From IMG/VR virus record IMGVR_UViG_3300035670_010555, positions 96,001-160,000 of that record: DNA of 64,000 nt; one strand, given 5' to 3'. Position numbers and translations under genes: made by a program. The notes under the pieces are model-generated. The model saw only the letters and a program-made list of their open reading frames with translations. It was not told the DNA's origin and searched no databases. Source of the stretch: a virus. This document shows, one piece after another, positions 1 through 10,574 of the stretch; the first letter of the stretch is position 1; every line of letters starts with the position of its first letter.

Positions 1-4
1 AAAA

Positions 5-1771
5 ATGGAGGATATCCTCAAAAGGGAAACGATAAATGCCCTTGGGTGTTCTGTCGAACAAACATACAATGGTGTGAGCGCGGAAAGTTTATCGTTTCAA
101 CCATTACCTCTAAGACCTCAACAAGAAGGTATATACATACCTGTAAGTTCATTAGATTTTTTTTCGAATCTCAAACAATCTCCCGAAACTAATTTTGGTA
201 GAGTTTATTACGAGAAAGAAGAACCATCTGCAGATTCAACATTTCGTCCTTATGGTGGGCCGATACCATTTCCAATGAATCGGCAATTGTTTGGATTAAT
301 GACTTCTGACAACAAAGATAGGTCGTATAGTCAAATTAATGGTAAGAATTATTTAGGAAAATCAGGACAAAATCTATTCGACATACAATACACTCAAATG
401 AATAGTTTTGGTGTAACGGGGGATTACTATCGAGTTTTTTTAATTGACCGTGAGGATAATCAAGGAAACATTACAAACAACGTTGGAGAATTTATTTCTG
501 ATTATTATAGTACTATAAAAATAGTTGATTCTGTAGATATTGGCGCCCAAATTGTAAATTTAATTTCTGGTGCCATGAACATCGACGCACAAGTTGGGTT
601 TGGTGAATTAAACAATCAAAGTAGATTTAGTTTAATTGCTTCTAGAATCCTTGGATTATGTTTTGATGAAAGAAGAGAAATCGATGTCAGCGGTGTCTCT
701 AAAGTTGGTGAATTAGATGGTGTTGACGAATCTTTTTTCGAACTTAACGAGATTGATTTACGAAATATTGAAATTGAAATTTCGAATGTTCAAAATGGCA
801 TCATAGAATTTGAAGATTGTGATAATATTCAATTACCTGTTAATTCTGAAACATTAGTGTCACAATTAATTGAGTTCCGAAATAATTTAAGTGGAGAAAC
901 TGTTGAAGAACAAGCGGAAAATATTGGGGAAATTATCGATGCAATATCAGAGAATCCTGCATGGTCTTTAACCGCTCCTTCGAATTTGAACGTAAAACTT
1001 TCTATTGATAAAAGTGTAATTAAAAAAATACCATTGGCAGTTGCTGCGGCCGTATTGACACCAAAAAATCTATTACCACTTTATACTTTATTATCTATAG
1101 TTCAATCAGGATCAACATACACCTATAATCAGGCAGTAACTGAAATTAATGAGACCGGTGAATCGATTAATTCTCAAGGAAACGCTGGATCGAGTATTGG
1201 GTCACAAGGGAGTAATATTGTAACTAGTGGTGAAGACTTCTTAAAAAAATATAAAACGTTTGCAATTCAGGTTATTTCTCAAATTAATGCGGAGTTCCTT
1301 CAAGTTCTTTACGAAATATTAAAAAAAGATATTGTTAATTTAGTTTCTATTATAATTTCTGATGTTCAAAGATCGGCAATATTGAAACAATATGCAATAA
1401 TAATTAGATTAGCTCAAATTGCTTTGGTTGTGTCTCAATTAATAAACGATTATCGAAAATGTAAAAGTCTTTTAGATAACATCTTACTTTTACTAAATCT
1501 AATTGGTCAAACAGTTCCAATACAAATACCACTACCATTATTATCTTTGGCGGCATTATTACCAGGAACTTCACCTGAAAGAGCGTCAATTAATGTTATC
1601 GAAGGTCTACAAAAAGTAGGAATACCAACAGGAACTTTACCCGATGGTTCACCAAACTTAATGGCACTATATGATTTAATCAGTAAAAAAGGAAGTGATA
1701 AAGAAGAAGCGGAAAACGGAAAAATTTTAGTCGCAACCGCAACAGGCCCTGGATACGGAAAAAAATTATAA
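5..1771 (+). CDS. Hypothetical, probably virion/baseplate-associated protein (may extend 5' of the window)
   Basis: 588-aa ORF co-oriented with, and directly upstream of, the gp5-like gene; no motif recognised. Confidence 0.45.
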   Translation: MEDILKRETINALGCSVEQTYNGVSAESLSFQPLPLRPQQEGIYIPVSSLDFFSNLKQSPETNFGRVYYEKEEPSADSTFRPYGGPIPFPMNRQLFGLMTSDNKDRSYSQINGKNYLGKSGQNLFDIQYTQMNSFGVTGDYYRVFLIDREDNQGNITNNVGEFISDYYSTIKIVDSVDIGAQIVNLISGAMNIDAQVGFGELNNQSRFSLIASRILGLCFDERREIDVSGVSKVGELDGVDESFFELNEIDLRNIEIEISNVQNGIIEFEDCDNIQLPVNSETLVSQLIEFRNNLSGETVEEQAENIGEIIDAISENPAWSLTAPSNLNVKLSIDKSVIKKIPLAVAAAVLTPKNLLPLYTLLSIVQSGSTYTYNQAVTEINETGESINSQGNAGSSIGSQGSNIVTSGEDFLKKYKTFAIQVISQINAEFLQVLYEILKKDIVNLVSIIISDVQRSAILKQYAIIIRLAQIALVVSQLINDYRKCKSLLDNILLLLNLIGQTVPIQIPLPLLSLAALLPGTSPERASINVIEGLQKVGIPTGTLPDGSPNLMALYDLISKKGSDKEEAENGKILVATATGPGYGKKL

Positions 1772-1773
1772 CT

Positions 1774-1986
1774 ATGAAAGACGAAAAATTTAAGGAAATA
1801 TTAGATAGTCAATTATTACTCAAAGACTTACCAAATACAAAGTTGGTGGAATATATGGATTTATTATCATCGGATTTCGAATCAACAAAAGAATCTATAA
1901 TAAAAAGTACTTTATACTTAGATAAAGTTGAAGAATTATACGACAGAGTATTAAAGGTTTATCAAGAAAGAAATAATGGAAAATAA
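1774..1986 (+). CDS. Small hypothetical protein
   Basis: 70-aa ORF tightly packed between neighbours and overlapping the next start. Confidence 0.6.
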   Translation: MKDEKFKEILDSQLLLKDLPNTKLVEYMDLLSSDFESTKESIIKSTLYLDKVEELYDRVLKVYQERNNGK

Positions 1987-3511
1987 CTCAATATTTTTTC
2001 AGTGTAGGGTATTGAATACTGAAGACCCAATGATGTTGGGTAGAATCCGAGGTGTTAGACTTATCGACAATTATGACGATATCTTGAAAAGTATCAGTGA
2101 TCCTCCATGGAATGAGGAAAAAGATATATGGACATCAAGAGACCCATTTGTATTCAACGCGCTACTTCCCTATTTTGTATACTCTGTACCTAAAGTAGAC
2201 GAATTAGTACAGGTTATTTACGTAAACAAAGATTTCCAATATCAAAATCAGTACTACGTTCAGAATACCTTCTCGACCCCAACAGCAACATTCAAAGAAT
2301 TTTATTTTGGTGGAAATAAATTTACTGGCACGGGTATGCAAATCAAAAACCCAAAACCACTTAAAAATCAAGATGGTACTTTTACCGACCAATCTATACA
2401 TAAAGGAGTTTTTCCACAACCAGGGGATAATGCTCTCTTAGGTAGAGGAAGTGCGGATGTAATCATCAAACAAGATGAAGTTTTAATCAGAGCGGGTAAA
2501 TTCAAAGGGGAACAATTACAACCTAACGTAATACCTGTTGCAAACCAACAAAGAGGGTTTTTACAACTTTCTAAATTTCAAAGTACATTACAGAATTTAG
2601 AACCAAAAACGTATTTTGAATTACAAGAAAATGTTTTACTTACAAAATACTTAATCGAATGGACTTTAACCAACCCTGAAAATGCTCAAGATAGATTTAC
2701 AGGGGCGGTATATTTGTACCAACTAAAACCTGACGTTTCGATAAATTCCAAAAATATAACTGTTGATAGTGAAATTTCGGAAAACCTAAAAAAGTTAGTG
2801 GCAACCGAATCGTTTGTAATGTTGTCTAAAACACAAACTATTAAATTTATAAATGATTTTATAAATACATGTAATGAAACAAATGTGACTAAAAGTGGTA
2901 TTCAATTGTTTAGTGATAACAACGCTTCAAACAAATTTCCGATTTACTATCGGCCTAATTCATTAATGTATTCAAAATTAAATCCCTCCACTCCTTTGGG
3001 GTCATCGGCCACACCAATAGAAGTTAGTAACATCAGTGACATTTATAAGGGGATAAAATTAAATCCATCACTAAAAGGTGGATATGGATTAATTTATGCA
3101 AAAGGGAAGGTCGGAAATCCAAGAACACCAGTAAAAAAAGTAGTTAAACAACAAAAATACATCAATCAGGAATCTTCTTATGGGGCTTTAGGTAGTGATG
3201 TGCTATTTTTAGTTTCACACAATTCACAAGTACCTGGAAAAGGGAAAATCAATTTTGATGATACTTTATATGGGATTACTCCTGAGAAATTTGCTAATGA
3301 ATTTCTTCCAAAAACTTCAAGTATGGTTAGAGGTGAGGAACTTTTGGAATTGATTAACTTGATTGTAAAATTCTTGGTAACTCATACTCACGCATACCCA
3401 GGTCTACCACCAGTACCGGTAACTCAAGACGGTACAAACGTCCAATCTATCCTGACCGAACTCAATAATGCGGTTAACAAAATTCTAAGTAAAAATATTC
3501 GACTTAATTGA
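1976..3511 (+). CDS. Baseplate hub/spike protein, T4 gp5/VgrG-like
   Basis: N-terminal RVLNTEDPMMLGRIRG resembles the gp5 OB-fold motif; C-terminal THTH resembles the metal-binding spike-tip motif. Confidence 0.65.
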   Translation: MENNSIFFQCRVLNTEDPMMLGRIRGVRLIDNYDDILKSISDPPWNEEKDIWTSRDPFVFNALLPYFVYSVPKVDELVQVIYVNKDFQYQNQYYVQNTFSTPTATFKEFYFGGNKFTGTGMQIKNPKPLKNQDGTFTDQSIHKGVFPQPGDNALLGRGSADVIIKQDEVLIRAGKFKGEQLQPNVIPVANQQRGFLQLSKFQSTLQNLEPKTYFELQENVLLTKYLIEWTLTNPENAQDRFTGAVYLYQLKPDVSINSKNITVDSEISENLKKLVATESFVMLSKTQTIKFINDFINTCNETNVTKSGIQLFSDNNASNKFPIYYRPNSLMYSKLNPSTPLGSSATPIEVSNISDIYKGIKLNPSLKGGYGLIYAKGKVGNPRTPVKKVVKQQKYINQESSYGALGSDVLFLVSHNSQVPGKGKINFDDTLYGITPEKFANEFLPKTSSMVRGEELLELINLIVKFLVTHTHAYPGLPPVPVTQDGTNVQSILTELNNAVNKILSKNIRLN

Positions 3512-3532
3512 TATTTATAAGATAAAAGATAA

Positions 3533-5035
3533 ATGTCGATCTTAAGGTCTTATATAAATAAAAACAATACCATCATTTCAAACTCATATGTTAATACGGG
3601 AAGAAACCCTGTAATTGAGTTGAATTTTGGTGCTTCGGATTTAATTGTCCCAAACTTTGGTTTCACAAGATTTATCTTCGATTTAGATTTATCTTTATTA
3701 GAAGAAAACATAAGTTCAGGTGTCATATCTACAGGATGTACTTCCGCAATGACACACACTCTTAAAATGACTAACACATCTTCATTTGATAATGAATTAT
3801 TAAATTCATTTATGTCAAATGAAAGACGAAGAGCAACTTCATTTGACCTAATATTATGGAGAATTCCTAATTTTTCAGGAACCACAGGCGAACCTCAATA
3901 TTGGGATGAAGGCGTTGGTTATGACTACAATGACTTCAACATTGCACAAAATAGTGCAAATGGTGGAATTTCCCCTTTAACGTACGTTGACAGTCGAGCA
4001 TATTCCACACGACCATCTAACTGGTATCAGACGACAACTCTCTCTGGATGGTCTCAAAATGGTATCTACAACAATAAGAATGAGGGGTCTGTAAACTATT
4101 CAGGTTTGACCATCGTGGCAAGACAACATTTCGAACTCGGAAACGAGGATTTGAACATGGATATGACCGCTGAGATTAATGGTATATTGAATGGTTCTAT
4201 AACTGGTGTTACAGGTTGGGGTATTTCATATCTTCCTCAAATCGAAAATATCACAGGTCTTACGGAAAGTTACAGTGTAGCATTTTTCTCAAGACATACT
4301 CAAACCTTCTACCAACCTTATCTTTTAACAAATTACAATGATTTTGTAGAGGACGATAGAAATCTATTCCTCAAGAACCAAGAAAATAAGTTATTCTTGT
4401 ACGTTTATGAGAATGGAGACTTTGCAAATCTTGATTCTGGCCCATTCGTTAGAATCGAAGATAGAAATGGTACCGCAGTAACAGGTATGGGGGCATTAAC
4501 CACCTGTCTTAAAACTAAAGGGATATACGAAGTTACAGTACCTAATGGGTTTGCCAACTATCCAACACCATGTATTTTTTATGATGTATGGTCTGGTCTT
4601 ACAATTAACGGTCAATCCGTTCCAAATGTGACAAATCAATTCACATTACAACCATATACATCAGGTATTCAAATCGGGTCTGTTTCTAAAGACCCTGAAA
4701 TATACGGATTTGATTTCTATGGTATTCTACAAAATGAAAAAATTCTTAGTACAGATATTCGTAAAGTTGGTGTTACAATAAAGAAGGCCTACACAGGTCA
4801 ACAACTTCTATTAGACGTTTCAGGATTCTACAGAGTTTATGTAATGGAGGGAACCACAGAAGTCCAAGTACAAGATTGGACTCCGTTGAATCGTACTCCA
4901 AATGAATACTATTTCATATTTGATATGAGAGACAAGATACCGAATCAATATTTTGTTGATATTCAAGTGAATACTTCGGGAGAAAAAGATACTTATAAAA
5001 GACAATTAACATTTTCAATCGTAAATACAAAATGA
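3533..5035 (+). CDS. Putative virion structural protein (beta-rich)
   Basis: 500 aa, rich in Thr/Ser/Asn/Gly, in the structural cluster; preceded by the TATTTAT motif. Confidence 0.5.
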   Translation: MSILRSYINKNNTIISNSYVNTGRNPVIELNFGASDLIVPNFGFTRFIFDLDLSLLEENISSGVISTGCTSAMTHTLKMTNTSSFDNELLNSFMSNERRRATSFDLILWRIPNFSGTTGEPQYWDEGVGYDYNDFNIAQNSANGGISPLTYVDSRAYSTRPSNWYQTTTLSGWSQNGIYNNKNEGSVNYSGLTIVARQHFELGNEDLNMDMTAEINGILNGSITGVTGWGISYLPQIENITGLTESYSVAFFSRHTQTFYQPYLLTNYNDFVEDDRNLFLKNQENKLFLYVYENGDFANLDSGPFVRIEDRNGTAVTGMGALTTCLKTKGIYEVTVPNGFANYPTPCIFYDVWSGLTINGQSVPNVTNQFTLQPYTSGIQIGSVSKDPEIYGFDFYGILQNEKILSTDIRKVGVTIKKAYTGQQLLLDVSGFYRVYVMEGTTEVQVQDWTPLNRTPNEYYFIFDMRDKIPNQYFVDIQVNTSGEKDTYKRQLTFSIVNTK

Positions 5036-5502
5036 GTAAAGTAGTTAAGCTAACAGAAACCGATTTGACCCATTTGGTCAACAGAGTATTAAAAGAACAA
5101 GATGAAGAACAGGCAAATTACATGTTTTTTAGCAATTTGAAACAGATTGCTAGACAATGTAAAATGTTACTCGAAATGGACCCTGAAATGATTGACCAAA
5201 TTTTACTTGATGGTCATGATTGGGCTGATGACCACGTCACAGAAGCTAAAGTAAACATGGACCAAGTTTTTGATTTCATTATGAATGAAAAAAGAAAAAT
5301 GGATCAATACGTAGACTATGAAGAAATGAATGAGGGTAGAAAGAAAACAGGTACTAAACTTTGTGCGAGAGGTAAATCGGCAGCAAAGTCAAAATTTAAG
5401 GTCTATCCTTCAGCATATGCCAACGGTTACGCGGTTCAAGTGTGTAAAGGAAAAATGCCAGGTTTAGATGGGAAGAAACATTGCTCGGGGGCATATTGTT
5501 AA
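5032..5502 (+). CDS. Hypothetical protein with acidic N-half and basic Cys-containing C-domain
   Basis: N-terminal KLTETDL..VLKEQ helix; C-terminal KFKVYPSAYANGY domain of a type seen in large phages. Confidence 0.55.
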   Translation: MSKVVKLTETDLTHLVNRVLKEQDEEQANYMFFSNLKQIARQCKMLLEMDPEMIDQILLDGHDWADDHVTEAKVNMDQVFDFIMNEKRKMDQYVDYEEMNEGRKKTGTKLCARGKSAAKSKFKVYPSAYANGYAVQVCKGKMPGLDGKKHCSGAYC

Positions 5503-5510
5503 AAAATAAA

Positions 5511-5538
5511 TAGGGAATCTTAAGGTTCCCTTTTTTTT
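5511..5538 (+). terminator. Intrinsic terminator, likely bidirectional
   Basis: agggaatc/ggttccct hairpin followed by a T run and preceded by an A-rich tract. Confidence 0.65.
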
Positions 5539-5588
5539 ACTTAACAATTTTCATATCTTTGAATAGTTATTATATCTCACAAAAAGAC

Positions 5589-5984
5589 ATGAAAAGATTT
5601 TTCAGAAAATTATGGTTAAGATTTTTTATAAGAATGAATCGAACAATTCAACCGAAAGTCAATTTTGATGATAATGAGAAAACCGGATCATCAATTTGTC
5701 GAAAATTAATAAATCATGAGAATTCTAAATTTTTGATTGCACCTCTATCTCAAAAAAGATATATAAAGAATGAAACTTTAGAAATGTTTGTGATAATTCA
5801 AGAAGATAGAATAAACATCACCAATCACATTTACAATTATGATATTACAATTTCATTACAAATGGGAGAAAAACTTGGAAGGTTGTTCGATAATAAAGTG
5901 GAAGAGGCAAGAATGAAATTCGAAAAGGAAATACATAGCCAAGTACAACACTCACTGAAAAAAATCTTAGAAAAACTTATTTAA
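5589..5984 (+). CDS. Hypothetical protein
   Basis: ATG at 5589 preferred over the TTG at 5559, which lies inside a TATCTTTG promoter box (5554-5561). Confidence 0.55.
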   Translation: MKRFFRKLWLRFFIRMNRTIQPKVNFDDNEKTGSSICRKLINHENSKFLIAPLSQKRYIKNETLEMFVIIQEDRINITNHIYNYDITISLQMGEKLGRLFDNKVEEARMKFEKEIHSQVQHSLKKILEKLI

Positions 5985-6672
5985 TACTTTCTTTCAAAAT
6001 TTTAGTAATTAAATCCCTTAATGTTTCATTTTGGGATTTTTTTGGTTTATAACTTGTCATAGTTGGAGAATTTCCTGTACCTGCCTTTGGGTTCGCCTTT
6101 TCGGCTTTTCTTTTTTGTGAACATGCTGCTTTTTTCTGAGCATCTGTCATTTTGGAAGCAACACCCGCAGCTCTACATTTTGGATATCCTTTACTATCCG
6201 CTTCAGGTCTGCCACATGGAGGATGTCCTCCTCCTTCCTTTTTTCTACAAATGTTAACCCACGGACCTTTAGGTTGCTTGGACCCTTTTGGTTTTTTCTT
6301 TGTACCGAACCATACTGCTAAGTCTTCTTTTACCAACTTTTCTTTCAACGGTTCTCCACTCATAGTTGGATTTATTGCCGACCCATCCTCATCATTTTGA
6401 CCTTTATAAGTTTTTTTCTTTTGCATGTTAATTTTACTCATTAATTTGGTCCTTTTTTCAATTTTTTCCCTTTCTTCGGGTGATTCAGTAAAATCTCCAT
6501 CCGCCTCTTGATAGGCAAGTTGTGCATTAGTATATTTGTATACTGGATCTGTGAAAGGACCAACTTGGTTATCTTTCCAAATTTGTGGTCCGAGTACAAC
6601 TGGTCCTGAATAAGCACCGGTCAAACCTGCACCACTTACCTCTTTTATTATTTTTCTTATAATATCTTTCAC
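5977..6672 (-). CDS. Hypothetical basic Cys-containing protein
   Basis: W..I..K..GGHPPCGR...YPKC motif; IIRKIIKE and LITKILKE helices at both ends. Confidence 0.55.
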   Translation of the reverse strand: MKDIIRKIIKEVSGAGLTGAYSGPVVLGPQIWKDNQVGPFTDPVYKYTNAQLAYQEADGDFTESPEEREKIEKRTKLMSKINMQKKKTYKGQNDEDGSAINPTMSGEPLKEKLVKEDLAVWFGTKKKPKGSKQPKGPWVNICRKKEGGGHPPCGRPEADSKGYPKCRAAGVASKMTDAQKKAACSQKRKAEKANPKAGTGNSPTMTSYKPKKSQNETLRDLITKILKESIK

Positions 6673-6701
6673 ATTAATAAATATACAATTAACTCGAAAT
6701 T

Positions 6702-6926
6702 ATGGAACAAAAACAACCTTTGGGTCTACTATTTGGAAGTGTTGGGTACTACAGCCCTAACGATATAAACTCTATCTGCGACGACATGAATTTAGAACAA
6801 GCCTATTTCATGATTATCAAGGCATTAGAATATTCTCACAATTCTAGTTTGTTTACACTACAGGAGTCAGAAATAGTTTCTAAATCACTTCGAATAATGA
6901 ATATTCATTTTACTGAAGAAAAATAA
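6702..6926 (+). CDS. Small hypothetical protein
   Basis: 74-aa ORF translationally coupled to the next ORF. Confidence 0.55.
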   Translation: MEQKQPLGLLFGSVGYYSPNDINSICDDMNLEQAYFMIIKALEYSHNSSLFTLQESEIVSKSLRIMNIHFTEEK

Positions 6927-7447
6927 TGAAAAAAATAATTTTCATTTTGTTTTTATTTTTATTGACGGGTTTCAAAAACCCAAATAATAATGATGGACCC
7001 ATCATTATTCATTTCGAACAAATCCTGAATGAATATAGGATTTCAAATGGATTAAATCCGGTCAAAATTGACCCCTCCATGAAAGAATTTACTGATTTAC
7101 GCAGTAAAAATTTATTAACGTATTTTAGTCACAATGGTTTCACTGAAAACATACATTCGTATATTTCTGGTTTTACATATGGAGGGGAAAATATTGCGAA
7201 AATATTTATTCCAGAAAAAAATGATTCGAAAAATTGGTTCTCAAACATGAAAGAAATCCAAGAAATTTTTAACAAGATGTTCTCAGGGACCACAACAAAT
7301 TACGACATTGCAAAATATTGTTTTTTGGTGTGGAAACGTTCTGAATCACACAATGAACAACTTCTCGATGAAAAAGTAAAAAGATTTTACCTTTCTTATC
7401 AAAAAACTGAAAATCATTATTATTTCTGTTTTATTGCGTTGAACTAA
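6926..7447 (+). CDS. CAP/SCP-domain secreted protein
   Basis: Signal peptide; NEYR..NGL, GENIA and W..SESH..LL motifs of CAP domains. Confidence 0.7.
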   Translation: MKKIIFILFLFLLTGFKNPNNNDGPIIIHFEQILNEYRISNGLNPVKIDPSMKEFTDLRSKNLLTYFSHNGFTENIHSYISGFTYGGENIAKIFIPEKNDSKNWFSNMKEIQEIFNKMFSGTTTNYDIAKYCFLVWKRSESHNEQLLDEKVKRFYLSYQKTENHYYFCFIALN

Positions 7448-7452
7448 TATAG

Positions 7453-8664
7453 TTAATAAACTTTCTTTACCTCTTTTGCATACCATTCCATCGGGTAATT
7501 ACTCCACACTTCTTTTTGTTTTTCAATCGATGTATTTTGTATTTGTTCACCACTACTCTGTAGTTGTTCCAAATCAATCAAATTCCAATCTACATTTTCA
7601 GGTTTGTTTGCAATAAATTTCCAATCTTGGGGGAACCCTTTTTTGATATACCAATAAATAAATAACCATGCAGATTGAAATTCTTTGCTGTCACTTGCAA
7701 ATGGAATCTCGAGGGTATATGAGTCAGAAACATATGCTTTCCATTCACTCCATTTTGGATTTACCATTACACCATTTCGGAACTTCGCTACATAATTCAA
7801 AACTATTACGGGAACCTCTTGTCCACCATTAGGAATTATATTCATCGTAAAAGGTTGAAGATTTAATTTTTCTATAGGAGTTTGAACTTGAAAGTATCTA
7901 TTCATAGTTAATAATGCCCCAGGTAAAGACTCGGCTTCAGACTGACTCATCCCAAGGACAGCGGCTGGTGCATAACTATAGTTATAAAATAATGCCGCAT
8001 TATATTGAGATTTTGCCGAACCCTTTGTTCTCGCGGTTACTACTTTTGAAAACTCAGGGGTAAAAACAGTTTTTCTTTTTATAATGTTTTCTCCTGTCGC
8101 GTCTATTTCAATTTCAACAAACTGGTGTTTAGTATATTTTGGATCTTTGGCGAGTGCCGAAATTTGTGATGAAGTTAATCCTGGACTAGGGTTCCAAGGT
8201 GTGGTTGTGTCGATTTGTGGTTCGGTATCAACAAATTCTGGTATCGTAGTTATTATACCTTTCGAAATAAGACCATTCAACCAATTCGTCATAAAAGTTC
8301 GGATGGTTTCATACCTCATTTTACTCAAATCACCAGGATTTAATTTTTTCTTTGGTTCAACCTCTCTATTGTAATTTGGGACTTGTGACTCACTCGATTT
8401 CAGTTTGATAATAATTTTTTTATCATCATATTTTTTTAGAAATTCTTCGATTTCCGATAAATCGATGAGATTTGCAAGATTTACTGATGATGCACTGTGT
8501 AATCCAGATGGAAATTCTACTCTGTCCGTCAAACTTTTTGAACCTGTTTCAATCTCTCCAGTATTTTGTTCTGACATCAAGTAAAGATTCTTTGTTGCCG
8601 ATTCATGAAGAGATAAAATTCTATTTCTTTCGTCGTTTGATATTTCCCAAGTTTGCTTAATCAT
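7453..8664 (-). CDS. Hypothetical protein, possible OmpA-like central domain
   Basis: Start revised to ATG 8664 (MIKQTW), downstream of TATTTAT; ERNRILSLHE N-terminal motif; SSESQVPN segment. Confidence 0.5.
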   Translation of the reverse strand: MIKQTWEISNDERNRILSLHESATKNLYLMSEQNTGEIETGSKSLTDRVEFPSGLHSASSVNLANLIDLSEIEEFLKKYDDKKIIIKLKSSESQVPNYNREVEPKKKLNPGDLSKMRYETIRTFMTNWLNGLISKGIITTIPEFVDTEPQIDTTTPWNPSPGLTSSQISALAKDPKYTKHQFVEIEIDATGENIIKRKTVFTPEFSKVVTARTKGSAKSQYNAALFYNYSYAPAAVLGMSQSEAESLPGALLTMNRYFQVQTPIEKLNLQPFTMNIIPNGGQEVPVIVLNYVAKFRNGVMVNPKWSEWKAYVSDSYTLEIPFASDSKEFQSAWLFIYWYIKKGFPQDWKFIANKPENVDWNLIDLEQLQSSGEQIQNTSIEKQKEVWSNYPMEWYAKEVKKVY

Positions 8665-8743
8665 AGTACACAATTTATTATAAATATCCGGATAAAAAAA
8701 AAGGGACAATTTCTTGTCCCTTTTTACCATATCGAAATTTCGA

Positions 8744-10534
8744 TTATCTCAATTCTCTCAAGTCGAATGTTCTAACTCCATCAACTGTGATTCTACCGTA
8801 GAATCTGTTATTAACCATTTTCTTAGCGTATCTAGTCATGATACCTTTGATTGGTGTAAAGTTGAATGGATTGTACATTGTAGGAGTTAATTGTAGAGGT
8901 ACATACGGTGCGTAGATGTAACCAGTGTCCAATAGAGAAGTTCCTTTGTGCCCCATCAATACTTGGTTTGGTGGGAAGTAAGGGTCTCTATACACTTGAT
9001 AACGACCTGCTAATGTACCAACTCTTTCAATACCCATGTTGTACTGATCCTGCTCAGGAGCTGCGTTTGATACGTGGAAGTATTCCAAGTCATCAAAGAT
9101 AGCACTGATTTCAGAAGAAACAACGATCCAGTTAGCTCCACCTCTTAATGTAGATTTGTGGATTTGTGCTGAAATTTGGTTGATTGCTGTGATAAGAGTT
9201 TGGTTCCAGTCTTTCTGAGTATAAGGAACTGCGTTAGATCCTAATCTCTTCCATCCATTGTAATCCCATCTTAAGTTCCAAGCCGCTCCTTTTCTAAGGT
9301 CTCTCAAGATTTCTCTATCGATTTCAGCAGCAACTTGCTCAGACAACAATGCAGTTAATTCAGCTTCAGCGTCGATGTTGTGGAATGCCGCAACGTCCTG
9401 CGCCATTTCTGGAGACCACTGTGCTCTTAATTTTCTTTCAGTTACAGAAACTGTTACTGACATAAGGTCGAATGAAACTTCACCAATCTTATCTTCGAAT
9501 TCCAAGTTCTTATAGATTCTATAAGTTGCTGTGAATGCGTTGTCAGCCGCTGCACTAGATTCGAAAGTAGAACCTGTGTAACCATCTAATGAACCACCAC
9601 AAGTGATACATACTGGTACTTGAAGGTCAACTTCCAAATAGATTTTACCTTCAGCGTCACATAGGTTGTCATACTGACCACCATCTGTCTTACTGTTAGG
9701 GAATACCAACGTAGCGTTGTTGTTACCATACTGAACGATACCTTTACCATATCTCTGAGTTACAACTCTGAACAAGTAAGGGTTAGAAGTGTTTGCAGAA
9801 GTGTAAGCGTTTCCAGCAACACCATATACAGTCAAATCAGATAAGAATGCTTCATTATCCATTGGTTGACCATCAGGACCGATTAACTTACCTGCTCCAT
9901 CAGAAGCGAAACCTGACATAACTACCAATACTTTTCTGTAGTTATCCAAAGTGTAAGCTGAAGGTACCAAGTTGTCTGCTAACCATGCTACAGTTCCAAC
10001 TTCAGCGGTGATTGCTGAATATTGTCCTTTAGAATAGTCGAACAATCCAGGAGGATCCAAAGCTGGTTCGTTACCTTCATAGAATCTGTCGTAAAGATCC
10101 TTAGTATTATTGTAGTCATAACCACTGTTCGGAGTTTGACCAGCCGCAGCGTTTGGAGAACCATAAGGTGCGTAGTGCTCAGAAGTACCTGGTTGGTAAG
10201 ACTGAATGTTAGGTACGAAGTAGAACAATTTACCGATAGGTAAGTTCATAGCTTGTACTGAAACGATATCGTTTGCTAATAATTTAGAGAATACTCTTCT
10301 AACGATAGGGAAAACAACTGTTTCAAATGCACCTGTATCAGATGTAGATGATGCTTCGTTAATTAAGTGAGAAGCTTGGTTTTCATAAAGTTGAGCTACG
10401 TTTTCTCTCATGTGACCCTTAAGACCCTCAAGGAATCCTAATTTGTCCCATTTGTTGATTGTGTCTTCTTTGATAACTTTAAGGTGCTTAAGACCGATGT
10501 TACCTACAAGACCTGATTCTAATAATGCTCCCAT
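8744..10534 (-). CDS. gp23: Major capsid protein (T4 gp23-like)
   Basis: FPIVRRVF...DIVSVQAM, RKLRAQWSPEMAQD, AEIDREIL, YAPYVPL and MTRYA motifs; strongly biased codon usage. Confidence 0.95.
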   Translation of the reverse strand: MGALLESGLVGNIGLKHLKVIKEDTINKWDKLGFLEGLKGHMRENVAQLYENQASHLINEASSTSDTGAFETVVFPIVRRVFSKLLANDIVSVQAMNLPIGKLFYFVPNIQSYQPGTSEHYAPYGSPNAAAGQTPNSGYDYNNTKDLYDRFYEGNEPALDPPGLFDYSKGQYSAITAEVGTVAWLADNLVPSAYTLDNYRKVLVVMSGFASDGAGKLIGPDGQPMDNEAFLSDLTVYGVAGNAYTSANTSNPYLFRVVTQRYGKGIVQYGNNNATLVFPNSKTDGGQYDNLCDAEGKIYLEVDLQVPVCITCGGSLDGYTGSTFESSAAADNAFTATYRIYKNLEFEDKIGEVSFDLMSVTVSVTERKLRAQWSPEMAQDVAAFHNIDAEAELTALLSEQVAAEIDREILRDLRKGAAWNLRWDYNGWKRLGSNAVPYTQKDWNQTLITAINQISAQIHKSTLRGGANWIVVSSEISAIFDDLEYFHVSNAAPEQDQYNMGIERVGTLAGRYQVYRDPYFPPNQVLMGHKGTSLLDTGYIYAPYVPLQLTPTMYNPFNFTPIKGIMTRYAKKMVNNRFYGRITVDGVRTFDLRELR

Positions 10535-10574
10535 TTTTAGTATTTTGTTTTGTTTTGTTTATTTGTTTATTTAA